A stretch of DNA of 64,000 nt, from the NCBI GenBank assembly GCA_044376115.1, contig JBILLK010000011.1, positions 256,001-320,000 of the forward strand, written 5' to 3'. A program made the position numbers and the translations under genes. The DNA comes from Polyangiaceae bacterium. Lineage in GTDB: Bacteria; Myxococcota_A; Polyangia; Polyangiales; Polyangiaceae. Below are positions 35,043 to 43,559 of the stretch, in pieces; position 1 is the first letter of the stretch; every line of letters begins with the position of its first letter. The notes under the pieces are model-generated. The model was not told where the DNA came from. It searched no databases and saw only the letters and a program-made list of their open reading frames with translations.

Positions 35043-36296
35043 ATGACCAAGCGACCGGCTATCCCTCCTGCTCTCTGGCTGTGGCTCCTCGTGCTCGCGC
35101 TGCTCCCGCTGCGGCTCTGGTTCGCGTGGAACCATGGAGATGCCCCGACCTTCTACGACGAAGGCGACTACCACCAGATCGCTGCGAACCTCGCCGCTGG
35201 TGAAGGATTCTCGGGAAGCTACGGGCCGACCGCGTTCCGTCCGCCTGGGCAGCCGCTCTTTCTCGCGGCTGTCTACTCGCTGTTTGGAACGTCGCTGCGC
35301 AGTGCCTACATCGCGCAGGCGCTGCTCGCCTCGCTGCTACCGATCGTGACCATGTGGTTCGCTCGTTCCGAATTGAAACACTCGGGATGGGCGGGGCTCG
35401 CCGGTGCTCTCTCGGCGCTTCACCCTGGTATCGCCTATGCGAGCACGACCCTCTACCCGGTGCTCCTTACCTCTGTGTGCTTGGTTGTTGGTGTCACGTA
35501 CGTTCGCCGCGCTGCGCTGCGAGAGAGTCGTTGGTCCGCCCCTGCAGCCGGACTTGCGCTGGGGATGGCCGGTCTGACCACGCCTTATCTCGCTCCACTC
35601 GTCGGCCTCGGCGGCGTGCTGCTCGCGCTGCGGGGCCGGCTTCGACGAGGCCTGATCGTGGCAGTCGTCGGCCTGCTTCCGGTCGGGCTCTGGGTGGCTC
35701 GCAACGCCGACGTCCTGGGTGCGCCGGTGCTGGGGACGCACGGCGGCTATAACCTGGCGCTCGGGGCGAACGACCGAGCATCGATCTTCTCGGGCAACGC
35801 CATCGAACCGGACCTCCCGCGCGCCGACGCCCCGGATAACGAGGTCGTACGGGACCGCGCCTATCGCGAGGTCGCGCTGGCTTGGATCGCGAGAAACCCT
35901 GAGCGCTGGCTTTCGTTGGCGGTGGGCCGCGGGCTCGCCACGCTCGACTCGACGGGGCGGCCAGCGACGGGCCAGGCTCCACGCGGCGCCGCCGTGTGGC
36001 TGATCGGGCTCGCGGTGAGCGCCGGCGTCATCGCGGGTCTCGCTGGGCTCGTGCTCGCCCGCCGACGCATCGCCGCTCAGCTCCTCGCGGCCGCATTCAT
36101 CCTCGTCGTGATCAGCGCCGCAGCGACGATCAGCAAACCGCGATTTCGCTTCCCCTGTGATCCGCTGCTGGTCGTGTATGGGCTCGCCCTGGTGCGCGCC
36201 ACGACAGCGCGAATCCGTCGGCGTCGGCGACGATCAGACCCACAAAACGACTTCGGCGGCTCACCCTTCCGAGAGAACCGCCGAGAGCCATTCTGA
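35043..36296 (+). CDS. GT-C (ArnT/PMT-like) integral membrane glycosyltransferase
   Basis: YDEGDYHQIAANLAAGEGF, TAFRPPGQPLFLA, WVARN, PRFRFP; many TM helices. Confidence 0.75.
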   Translation: MTKRPAIPPALWLWLLVLALLPLRLWFAWNHGDAPTFYDEGDYHQIAANLAAGEGFSGSYGPTAFRPPGQPLFLAAVYSLFGTSLRSAYIAQALLASLLPIVTMWFARSELKHSGWAGLAGALSALHPGIAYASTTLYPVLLTSVCLVVGVTYVRRAALRESRWSAPAAGLALGMAGLTTPYLAPLVGLGGVLLALRGRLRRGLIVAVVGLLPVGLWVARNADVLGAPVLGTHGGYNLALGANDRASIFSGNAIEPDLPRADAPDNEVVRDRAYREVALAWIARNPERWLSLAVGRGLATLDSTGRPATGQAPRGAAVWLIGLAVSAGVIAGLAGLVLARRRIAAQLLAAAFILVVISAAATISKPRFRFPCDPLLVVYGLALVRATTARIRRRRRRSDPQNDFGGSPFRENRREPF

Positions 36297-36304
36297 TGCC
36301 GTTG

Positions 36305-36385
36305 TGCGAAGACCGGGACTTGAACCCGGACGGTGTTACCCGCTAGCACCTCAAGCTAGTGCGTCTGCCATTCCGCCACCTTCGC
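36305..36385 (-). tRNA. tRNA-Leu(GAG), CCA not encoded
   Basis: Minus strand GCGAAGGTGGCGGAATGGCAGACGCACTAGCTTGAGGTGCTAGCGGGTAACACCGTCCGGGTTCAAGTCCCGGTCTTCGCA: acceptor stem, D loop, GAG anticodon, long variable arm, TTC loop. Confidence 0.95.
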
Positions 36386-36471
36386 GAAGCGGGCGGACAC
36401 TACCAGCGTCATTCTTCAAGTCAACACAATTTTCTGAGCGCACAGGGGAGTTGGCTGGAAAACGACTCGCG

Positions 36472-37872
36472 TTAGGGGGCGTCGGGGTGACAGGTCACCA
36501 CCTCGTCGGTCGACGAAACGTAGGACCCAGTGGAGGCCTCGAAGTCGATGCGGACCGCGCGTTGCCCCTTCTCGAAACAGTCGAAGGACGCTTCGAGGAA
36601 GCGCCCGCTCGGGTCGGTGCGCAGACGAACTCGCTCTCCGGTTTGTGGCACGACGGCAGTGCGAGCCAACGGGTGGAGGCTGTCTGCCTCGGCCCGAACG
36701 ACGCTCACGATCGCCATGGGGCAAACTCCGCAAAGGCCCGCGCCAAAGGGATTCTGCGTCTCCTCGTACGCGAAGAACAGGTCCACGGCGTCACCGCGCA
36801 CGAAGGCGGCGTTCACGGCTGGACCAGGCGGTACTTCCTCAATCGGGAGGAGGTTTAGTTCTCCGCTGGGCAGGCGCCAGGCGAAGCCCAGCGTCGGTCC
36901 AACGTTGTCATGGGAGCGTGGAAGCTCGACGAGCTCCTTCGCTCCCACGGTTGCGAGCGTGCGCGCTGGCCCAAGCTTCAGCTCGCCCACGAACGGGCTG
37001 AGCTCAGTGGGCGTGTATTGGTAGCCAACCCGTTGATTGAACGCGACCTTGACCGTCACGGCCGAAGTCGAGGGTTGGTAGAAGCGAAGCTGCGGACCTG
37101 CTTCGTTGAGCACCGCGTTGAGCCACTCAGGGTGGGGGCCGAACCCAAGCGGCTCTTCGAGCGGCACTCGGAGTGCGTGCTCCGCGGGCGAGTCCTCGTC
37201 TACACGAAGGCTCAGCCGCAGCGCGCGTAGTGGAGCTTCTGCCGTCATTGGCAGTGCCTGCAAGGGAAGCTCGACCTCGAGGTCGCCGTTGTCTCCGCGT
37301 AGGGGGCGGATCGCGACGGCCTCGTCGTCGATGGTCAGGGTATTTCCTTCGAGTCGTAGCACTCGGCTGAAGCCGCGACGCAGTTCGTCGTGTCGGGCAA
37401 CCGATTGGTTGAACCAGCGAACGCAGGCCTCGTCAGGCTCATTGATTGGACATTCATCCGCTGACGCGAGCGTCTCCTCGCCAAATTGGTGAGCAAACCC
37501 GATCGGCGGAAACCAAGGTGGATGCGACTCGAGTAGCAGCGCGAGCCTCTCAGTACTGCCACGGGCAGCGAGCACCACGCGGTGCGCCTCCACAGCGAGC
37601 CAAACGTCGGTCGTTTCACCGTTGCGGCTGCTAAAGCTGAGCGTTGGGGTGGTGGGCCAGTCCGAGAGCCGGCCATCCACGGACGGCGAGGACTTGGTGA
37701 TGACCACGCCTGCCTGAAGCGAGGATTTGTTAGACCTGGGAGCGAGCAGCTCGAACTCAGTCGTCGCGCTCGGCTCTTGCGCAGGTTGGGAGGTGGCTAG
37801 GCGGGCTTCGGGCACGCCGCCGCAGGCGAGCAATAGCAGCAGCGGACTGTAACGAGCACACGCCGTCTTCAT
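36472..37872 (-). CDS. putative lipoprotein of unknown function
   Basis: Lipobox LLLLAC; VDGRLSDW motif reminiscent of CBM9/DOMON-like starts; several Cys pairs. Confidence 0.7.
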   Translation of the reverse strand: MKTACARYSPLLLLLACGGVPEARLATSQPAQEPSATTEFELLAPRSNKSSLQAGVVITKSSPSVDGRLSDWPTTPTLSFSSRNGETTDVWLAVEAHRVVLAARGSTERLALLLESHPPWFPPIGFAHQFGEETLASADECPINEPDEACVRWFNQSVARHDELRRGFSRVLRLEGNTLTIDDEAVAIRPLRGDNGDLEVELPLQALPMTAEAPLRALRLSLRVDEDSPAEHALRVPLEEPLGFGPHPEWLNAVLNEAGPQLRFYQPSTSAVTVKVAFNQRVGYQYTPTELSPFVGELKLGPARTLATVGAKELVELPRSHDNVGPTLGFAWRLPSGELNLLPIEEVPPGPAVNAAFVRGDAVDLFFAYEETQNPFGAGLCGVCPMAIVSVVRAEADSLHPLARTAVVPQTGERVRLRTDPSGRFLEASFDCFEKGQRAVRIDFEASTGSYVSSTDEVVTCHPDAP

Positions 37873-37899
37873 CGTCGCAGGGCAAACGCCTGCGCGCGT

Positions 37900-38571
37900 T
37901 CATTGCATTCCCACGGGGCTAGCGGCCACCGTGACGCGGGTGGGTGCGAGCTTCTTACAGGCTGGCTCGTGCCCCCCGAGGCAGGCCTTCACGTACAGCT
38001 CAATCTCCGCGACCGAGGGAGGAGCGCCGGTTCGGGTTGCTTCGGCGAGATCGTAGCAGGCGCTGGTTTGGCCGCGGTTGCAGGCCTTCGTGAGCAGCGC
38101 AGCCGTGGTCTCCGGATCTCGATCCTGGGTGCTGGAAGAGAGCGAGCCAGCGAAGGCGCAGGCGCTCGCCTCGCCCTCTTCGCAGGCGATCAGCAGCCGA
38201 TTCTGTGCTTGCGCAATATCGACGACGTCGGTCGCCGTCTGCAGCTCCAGGCGGGATAGGTTTGCGCACGCACGCTGATTCTGAGCGCTGCAGGCTTTCG
38301 CGTACAAGGCCCGCGCTTGGGGCGCATCGCTTGGAACACCCGCCCCAAGCTCGAGCATCAGCCCGTGCACGCTGCATGCTGCGGCATCACCAAGTTTGCA
38401 GGCCTCCGCAAAGACGGCCGCGGCTTCACGTGCCTCAGGGTTCTTCGGATTGCGGCGGAGGGATTCCTCTACGCACGACTGTGCATCGTAGGGCCCGCGC
38501 CCGAACAAGTTCGAGGAACAGCCCGAGGCGAACAAAGCCACCAGTACGGCGACCTTAACAGGGGAGGACAT
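37900..38571 (-). CDS. Sel1-like (Cys-rich HcpA-type) repeat lipoprotein
   Basis: AAGGAG RBS; lipobox ASGC; repeats EACKLGDAAAC, KACSAQNQRAC, IACEEGEASAC, KACNRGQTSAC, KACLGGHEPAC. Confidence 0.8.
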   Translation of the reverse strand: MSSPVKVAVLVALFASGCSSNLFGRGPYDAQSCVEESLRRNPKNPEAREAAAVFAEACKLGDAAACSVHGLMLELGAGVPSDAPQARALYAKACSAQNQRACANLSRLELQTATDVVDIAQAQNRLLIACEEGEASACAFAGSLSSSTQDRDPETTAALLTKACNRGQTSACYDLAEATRTGAPPSVAEIELYVKACLGGHEPACKKLAPTRVTVAASPVGMQ

Positions 38572-38623
38572 ACGCGCTCCTTTCCGGTTGGCTCCGGATG
38601 AGGCCTCTCGCGAGGCGGTTGTC

Positions 38624-38720
38624 TTTCGGCGGCCCTTCAAACCGTGGCGTCCCGAGGGAGCCCGTAGGTCAATGGCTTTGCGCCCGCACCTTTCGTATGC
38701 GGTTGCCGTTATCGTGAGAA
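38624..38720 (-). ncRNA. c-di-GMP-I (GEMM-I) riboswitch
   Basis: Minus strand CGATAACGGCAACCGCATACGAAAGGTGCGGGCGCAAAGCCATTGACCTACGG...CCACGGTTTGAAGGGCCGCCG: GGCAA-P2 with GAAA tetraloop, GCAAAGCC junction, receptor-like CCTACG/CACGG, closing GCCG. Confidence 0.82.
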
Positions 38721-38887
38721 CCCGCGGACAGCTAAGGGACGCTGTCAGCCGAGGCCGCTCTGCGATCTGGCCTCGGGTGGAGGCGTTTGCACAGAGCCGC
38801 AACATTGAGTACGGCGCATCGTTTCGAAGCTAAAGGCGCCAGTGCCAATTTTTTTGCGCAGCCTCCTGGGCCGCACCGTGGAGGCCG

Positions 38888-39535
38888 TCAATCGTCTCGG
38901 GCGGACCCACCGCTGAACTGGTCCGACTTCTCCCCGAACAGAATGTTGAAGGTGGTGAGCGAGCCATAGCAGCCGGTGATGTAGGCCTGCAGCTGCACCT
39001 TGTCTTCGTCGGAGAGGCCGGAGTGGGCGTTGAGCTTTGCCTCGAGCAAACGCAGCTTGTCCCGCACCATCACGATCTTGTGGAAGAAGGTCTCGAGCGG
39101 CACGCGCTTGTCTGCGGTGCCCTCTTTGCCCGGCCTGAGCACGAGCTCACCTCCTTGCCATCGCGCCCCGAGCGGAGGCGAAGTGACTCCCAGTTCATCC
39201 GCTAGGACCTCGCGTAGCACCCGTCGAAACTCGTCAGCGTCCATATCGATGTCGATCTCCTTGGGAAGTTCACGGGAGCGGGGCAGCGGGGCGCTGGGCT
39301 CCGTCGGGCGCAAGGAAGCATAGGAACTCGAGCGTCCCCGCGGCTCTCCAGCGGCCCGTTTCTTCGGTGGGGCGGCGAGGGCCCCTTTTACGCGGTGCCT
39401 TGCGCAGGTCATCCCCGCGCGCACAGGCCCTCGGAATACCTCGAGAGCACACTCGCCCACCTTTCCGAGCCCCGGGTGTTCACTCACGCGCACGAAGGCT
39501 GCACAAGTTTCACACTTCGGCTCGGAGGTGTTCAC
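38888..39535 (-). CDS. conserved hypothetical protein with Cys-rich N-terminus
   Basis: CETC...C...C N-terminus; C-terminal ETFFHKIVMVRDKLRLLEAKLNAH...YITGCYGSLTTFNILF; overlaps the response regulator stop. Confidence 0.7.
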   Translation of the reverse strand: MNTSEPKCETCAAFVRVSEHPGLGKVGECALEVFRGPVRAGMTCARHRVKGALAAPPKKRAAGEPRGRSSSYASLRPTEPSAPLPRSRELPKEIDIDMDADEFRRVLREVLADELGVTSPPLGARWQGGELVLRPGKEGTADKRVPLETFFHKIVMVRDKLRLLEAKLNAHSGLSDEDKVQLQAYITGCYGSLTTFNILFGEKSDQFSGGSARDD

Positions 39536-40209
39536 TCCACTTGCTCCACCAGGATGTAGCCGCGAAGTCGCACCGACTGCAGCCGCTGGGCCTCGGCGCC
39601 CAGCTTCTTCCGCAGCCGCTTGATCACGCTCTCCAAGGCGTTGTCCGAAACCGACGCGAGCTCTCCCCAGCAGGCTGCAACAAGCTCGGCGCGGGATACG
39701 ATCTTGCCCATGCCGGCGCCCAGAATGGTTAGGACTCGCAGCTCACTCGGGGCAAGATCAATGAGCTGCCCGTTGACGTGAACAGTTTTCGCACCCTCGT
39801 CGATCAAAATGCCGCCAGCGTCCACGCGACGCGGCGCTGCGGGATAACAGGCCCGGCGATGCAGGGCCTCGGCTCGAGCCAGCAGGACATCAACGGGCGC
39901 GTCTGACTTTGCAATGAAGTCGTCTGCGCCAGCATCGAGCGCGCGAACGACGTCCTCCGTTCCAGCCCGACCGGTGAGCATCAGCACCGGGATCGTGCGA
40001 CCCGCCCGTCGAAGCTGCGTGACCAACGCAACGCCATCCATGTCTGGTAAACCCCAATCGAGCACCAGTAGCGAATAGGAGCGACTCTCGAGCGCGCGTA
40101 CGGTGTCTTGTCCGTTCGCGCAGGTGTCGACGCGATGCCCGCGCCGCTCAAAGACTCGCTTCACACCAACTGCTAGTTGCTCCTCGTCTTCTGCGATGAG
40201 GACGTCCAT
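39532..40209 (-). CDS. OmpR/PhoB family response regulator
   Basis: IAEDE, LDWGLPDMDG, LDAGADDF, IKRLRKKL, VRLRGY. Confidence 0.92.
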   Translation of the reverse strand: MDVLIAEDEEQLAVGVKRVFERRGHRVDTCANGQDTVRALESRSYSLLVLDWGLPDMDGVALVTQLRRAGRTIPVLMLTGRAGTEDVVRALDAGADDFIAKSDAPVDVLLARAEALHRRACYPAAPRRVDAGGILIDEGAKTVHVNGQLIDLAPSELRVLTILGAGMGKIVSRAELVAACWGELASVSDNALESVIKRLRKKLGAEAQRLQSVRLRGYILVEQVE

Positions 40210-40251
40210 GGTTGGAAGAAGTACTAAAAAAAGTCCAAAGGTGTGAGTGTG

Positions 40252-40263
40252 TTTCTTAAGAAA
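40252..40263. promoter_or_regulatory. perfect 12-bp palindrome TTTCTTAAGAAA in an AT-rich divergent promoter region
   Basis: Lies between the divergent response regulator and hybrid kinase-like genes. Confidence 0.35.
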
Positions 40264-40416
40264 GTTCGATAGGCCCGTTTTTAATCGAGGAAGCCCGCCT
40301 GAGTGAGCGCTGGCCCACCCTCGAAAGGGCTACCTCGGTCTCGGTGGATTTCTTTCGCTCGCCCTCCGCTGTGCGTTGACCTCCGGATCGCGCGGGATGA
40401 CCATTCCTGATCAATC

Positions 40417-42096
40417 ATGGGGCCCTTTTTACAAAATTCGGTTTTCGTGGGATCCGATGCCGAACGTTTCGCTCTGCTCCAAGCGGCGCTCGCGGCCTCG
40501 GTGCCTGAAATGGCGCTTGCATTTGCCGCTGTTGGCCCGGAGCCAATCGAGGGTGCAGCGGCCGAGTTGGCGCCGGCCGTACGTTTCATCGACGTGCGTG
40601 AGCTTCCAGTGCCCGCGAGCCCGCGGATGCTTACCATCCTGCTCGCCGACGGGCTGTCGACGGAGCAGCTGCTCAAGCTCGATTTGGCAGACGCGGACGC
40701 AATATTGACGTCGCTCGCGCCAACAGCCGTCGCGGGCGCACTCGTGAGCGCGCAACACAACCAAAGGCAGCGGTTGGCGATGGACGCATTGCGCCACGGG
40801 CTCTCGCACGAGGTCCGCGTTCGTGATGGCGGAGGCGCTACGCTGTTTAGCACTAGTCCGCGCGCGCATTCGGCCGAGCTGTGGCGCACGGCGGATGCTC
40901 TGCGGGACCAAGCGCCGGCGCAGCGTTTTGACCTCGCAGACGAGCGCGGAAACTCTTGCTGGTACGAGAAGAGCGACGTCAAGGTTGGTGAATGGGAGGT
41001 GTCCACGGTCGCCGACGCAAGTCGGCTGCAGTCGCTTGAGAGCGCGTTGCTCGGAGCTGCCCGCGCAGAGACCGTGGTGGAACTGTCTCGCGGCGTGATT
41101 CACGACCTCAACAACGTGTTCTGCGTCGTTCAGAGCTTCGCCGAGCTGCTAATCGAGGCAACCCCGAAGAGCGATCCGCGCCATGAGGACCTGCAAGAGA
41201 TCGCTAGGGCCGGGCTCCGCGCCGCTGTGCTCACTGAGCGGTTGGTCGGCTTCTCGCGCTCTGGGTTGAACCGGCCCGAACCCTTCAACGTTGCTGACCA
41301 TCAGCGCCGAATCGAGCCGTTGGTTCGGCGTCTACTCGGCGAGCGGTATGAGCTCGTGAGTGTGGTGGACGCTGATGACTTGACCGCCGTCTTCGACCCG
41401 TTCCTGTTCGACCAGTTGATGCTCGAGCTCGCGAGCAAGCTGAGAGACGCTGCAAACGGCGGCTTGATGACGGTGGAAGCTCGCGCCACCGAGGACCACG
41501 TCCTTTTGACGTTCAGTGTGGTCCCCTCACAGTTTGGGAAGCTGGACACGAGCGCTGAGCGCCTTTCGGTGCTTCCGCGAGGCGCACGCGTAGAGACGCT
41601 GCGGGCTCTGCCGGGCTTCGTAGCCGCAAGGGGAGGCACGTTGCGGCTCTTGGACGAGCACAGCTTCCTATTGGAGCTGCCGCGTGCGTTGGGCAAGCTC
41701 TCCGGCGTTTCGCCGCCGCGCGCCCGCGCTGGCCGCGGGGAAAGCGTGCTCATCGTCGAGGACGAACAGCCTGTAAGGATGGCGATGGCGAGAGCTCTTC
41801 GCGCGCTCGGCTACAACGTGATGGAAGCGCGCTTGGGCGGGGACGCTCGCGATCTCGTTCGCGGCAACAACGTGGACCTGGTGATTACCGACGTAGTGTT
41901 GCCGGATGGCGACGGCCTCGAGCTCCTGTCGGAGCTATGTCGAACGGCAGCTCGCGCTCGCGGTCTCGTCGTGACGGGCTACGCCGATCGTGAACTCGCT
42001 CGGCTCAACCCGGAGGTGCCGCTACTGCGGAAGCCGTTCTCGACCTTGGACCTCGCTCGTAAGGTCCGCGGCGCACTCGACTCGCGCGATTCCTAG
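40417..42096 (+). CDS. hybrid sensor-kinase-like protein with degenerate HATPase and intact REC
   Basis: HisKA GVIHDLNN; N box altered to DQLMLELASKLRDA; no DxGxG or GxGL; REC IVEDE...ITDVVLP...RKPF. Confidence 0.8.
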   Translation: MGPFLQNSVFVGSDAERFALLQAALAASVPEMALAFAAVGPEPIEGAAAELAPAVRFIDVRELPVPASPRMLTILLADGLSTEQLLKLDLADADAILTSLAPTAVAGALVSAQHNQRQRLAMDALRHGLSHEVRVRDGGGATLFSTSPRAHSAELWRTADALRDQAPAQRFDLADERGNSCWYEKSDVKVGEWEVSTVADASRLQSLESALLGAARAETVVELSRGVIHDLNNVFCVVQSFAELLIEATPKSDPRHEDLQEIARAGLRAAVLTERLVGFSRSGLNRPEPFNVADHQRRIEPLVRRLLGERYELVSVVDADDLTAVFDPFLFDQLMLELASKLRDAANGGLMTVEARATEDHVLLTFSVVPSQFGKLDTSAERLSVLPRGARVETLRALPGFVAARGGTLRLLDEHSFLLELPRALGKLSGVSPPRARAGRGESVLIVEDEQPVRMAMARALRALGYNVMEARLGGDARDLVRGNNVDLVITDVVLPDGDGLELLSELCRTAARARGLVVTGYADRELARLNPEVPLLRKPFSTLDLARKVRGALDSRDS

Positions 42097-42102
42097 AATG
42101 AG

Positions 42103-43419
42103 CTAGCTGTTTTCGGTGCCAACGACCCGCACGTAGGTCGCGATCGATTGGCGTACGGCCGGCACAGGGTCGTTGAAGGCGACGCCGAGCGCAGCGCGGC
42201 CCTGGCCGTCTTTGAGCCAGCGGACCGTGCCCGGAACGGTTGCCACCACGCCGGTGGTAGGCAGCGCAAAGCGCGCTTGGATTTGCTCGACTCCGCTTGA
42301 GTTGGCACCAGCCGTGCCACGGTAGTTGATCGGCAACACAATCAAGATGCCGCCTTCACTGATGTCCTCGCTGCGTCCGTCGATCGTGGTGCCGTCGGCG
42401 CGCACGACTCGGCAGGGCGTGATGTACGGCGCGCGGGGGTGTTTGCGGCGGGACGCGCCGTTGGGCTCGTCGGCGGCCACCTTGGCCTCCCCTTGCGGAG
42501 ACCGTTTGAGGAGCATGACGTTGCTAGGTTCGATCCCAGCGAGCAGCGCTGCGAGAAAGGCCTCCATGCTCTCGAAGCGGTTGGCCGGGAGCGGGGCCAT
42601 GGCCTTGATCACGGCCTCGCCCGCGGCTGCGGGAAAGTTGGGGGCGACCTCTTGCAAGCGGGGGAGTCGTGCGGCGCCTGCGAGGCGGTCGGTGAGCGAT
42701 GGCAGGGTCCCGGAGATGCACTCGAGCAACGTGGTTGCGAGCGAGTATTGGTCGCTGCGAGGGTTGGCCATCTCAGGCGCAGACAATTGCTCGGGTGCGA
42801 CGTAGTCCAGCGTTCCAAGCATCTCACCGCCGCGGGTGATTCGCCCGGAGGCCGGTGCGACTGCGTCAGGCCGCACACTTCCGGCGATGCCGAAGTCGAT
42901 CAGCTTGATCGACTCGCTACCGTCGGGAAGGCGCGCAATAAAGATGTTGCTCGGCTTGACGTCACGGTGAACGACGCCGCGCGCGTGAGCGTGCGCGAGG
43001 GCGGCGCCGATCGACGTCGCAACGCGCAGCACTTCCGCGGCGCTGAGCGACTTGCGAGCCGCGAGAATGCCGTCGAGCGTACGGCCCTCGAGCATCTCCA
43101 TCGCCAGGTACGAGCCCAGCTCACGCGCGATGCCTGCGTCTACGATGTCGACCACCGAAGGATGTCTGCAGGCTCCGAGTGCGCGCGCTTCTTGCTCGAT
43201 ACGCTGGTTGGCGATGCGTTGCTCCGAAGCGTTGTGGGGGACGAATTTGAGAGCGATCGAGCGATCGGTGAACAGGTGCTTGGCCTCAAAGACCACACCC
43301 ATCCCCCCTCGTGCGATTTCGCGCAGTAGTCGAAACCGGTCGGCGATCACGTCGCCCGGCTGAGGGTCCATCGGGCGATGGGACGAGAGCAAGGCGGCGA
43401 TCATGTCCTGGGCAACCAT
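42103..43419 (-). CDS. Ser/Thr protein kinase with C-terminal PilZ domain
   Basis: RGGMGVV, IALK, HRDVKPSN, DFG, GTLDYVAPEQ; PilZ RRKHPR and DISEGG; start codon uncertain. Confidence 0.9.
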   Translation of the reverse strand: MVAQDMIAALLSSHRPMDPQPGDVIADRFRLLREIARGGMGVVFEAKHLFTDRSIALKFVPHNASEQRIANQRIEQEARALGACRHPSVVDIVDAGIARELGSYLAMEMLEGRTLDGILAARKSLSAAEVLRVATSIGAALAHAHARGVVHRDVKPSNIFIARLPDGSESIKLIDFGIAGSVRPDAVAPASGRITRGGEMLGTLDYVAPEQLSAPEMANPRSDQYSLATTLLECISGTLPSLTDRLAGAARLPRLQEVAPNFPAAAGEAVIKAMAPLPANRFESMEAFLAALLAGIEPSNVMLLKRSPQGEAKVAADEPNGASRRKHPRAPYITPCRVVRADGTTIDGRSEDISEGGILIVLPINYRGTAGANSSGVEQIQARFALPTTGVVATVPGTVRWLKDGQGRAALGVAFNDPVPAVRQSIATYVRVVGTENS

Positions 43420-43559
43420 GGGTTCAGTCGAACATCCGGATCTCCGGCGGGTGAACTTAACCATGGGACCCAACTTCCTTGGCGCAGCTATTCGCCTGGC
43501 AATCGGTGGTAACGAGTTCTCGTTCGGACGGACGTCAAGGCGGTGGTAGAGTGCGCCCA

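Noticed and set aside
36290..36400. Integrase or attL/attR pair at tRNA-Leu
   Set aside because: No recombinase ORF and no second copy of the tRNA 3' end were found by eye in the window
38825..38855. Possible sigma-54 promoter (TTGGCAC on the minus strand) upstream of the riboswitch
   Set aside because: No TTGC/GC element at the required -12 spacing
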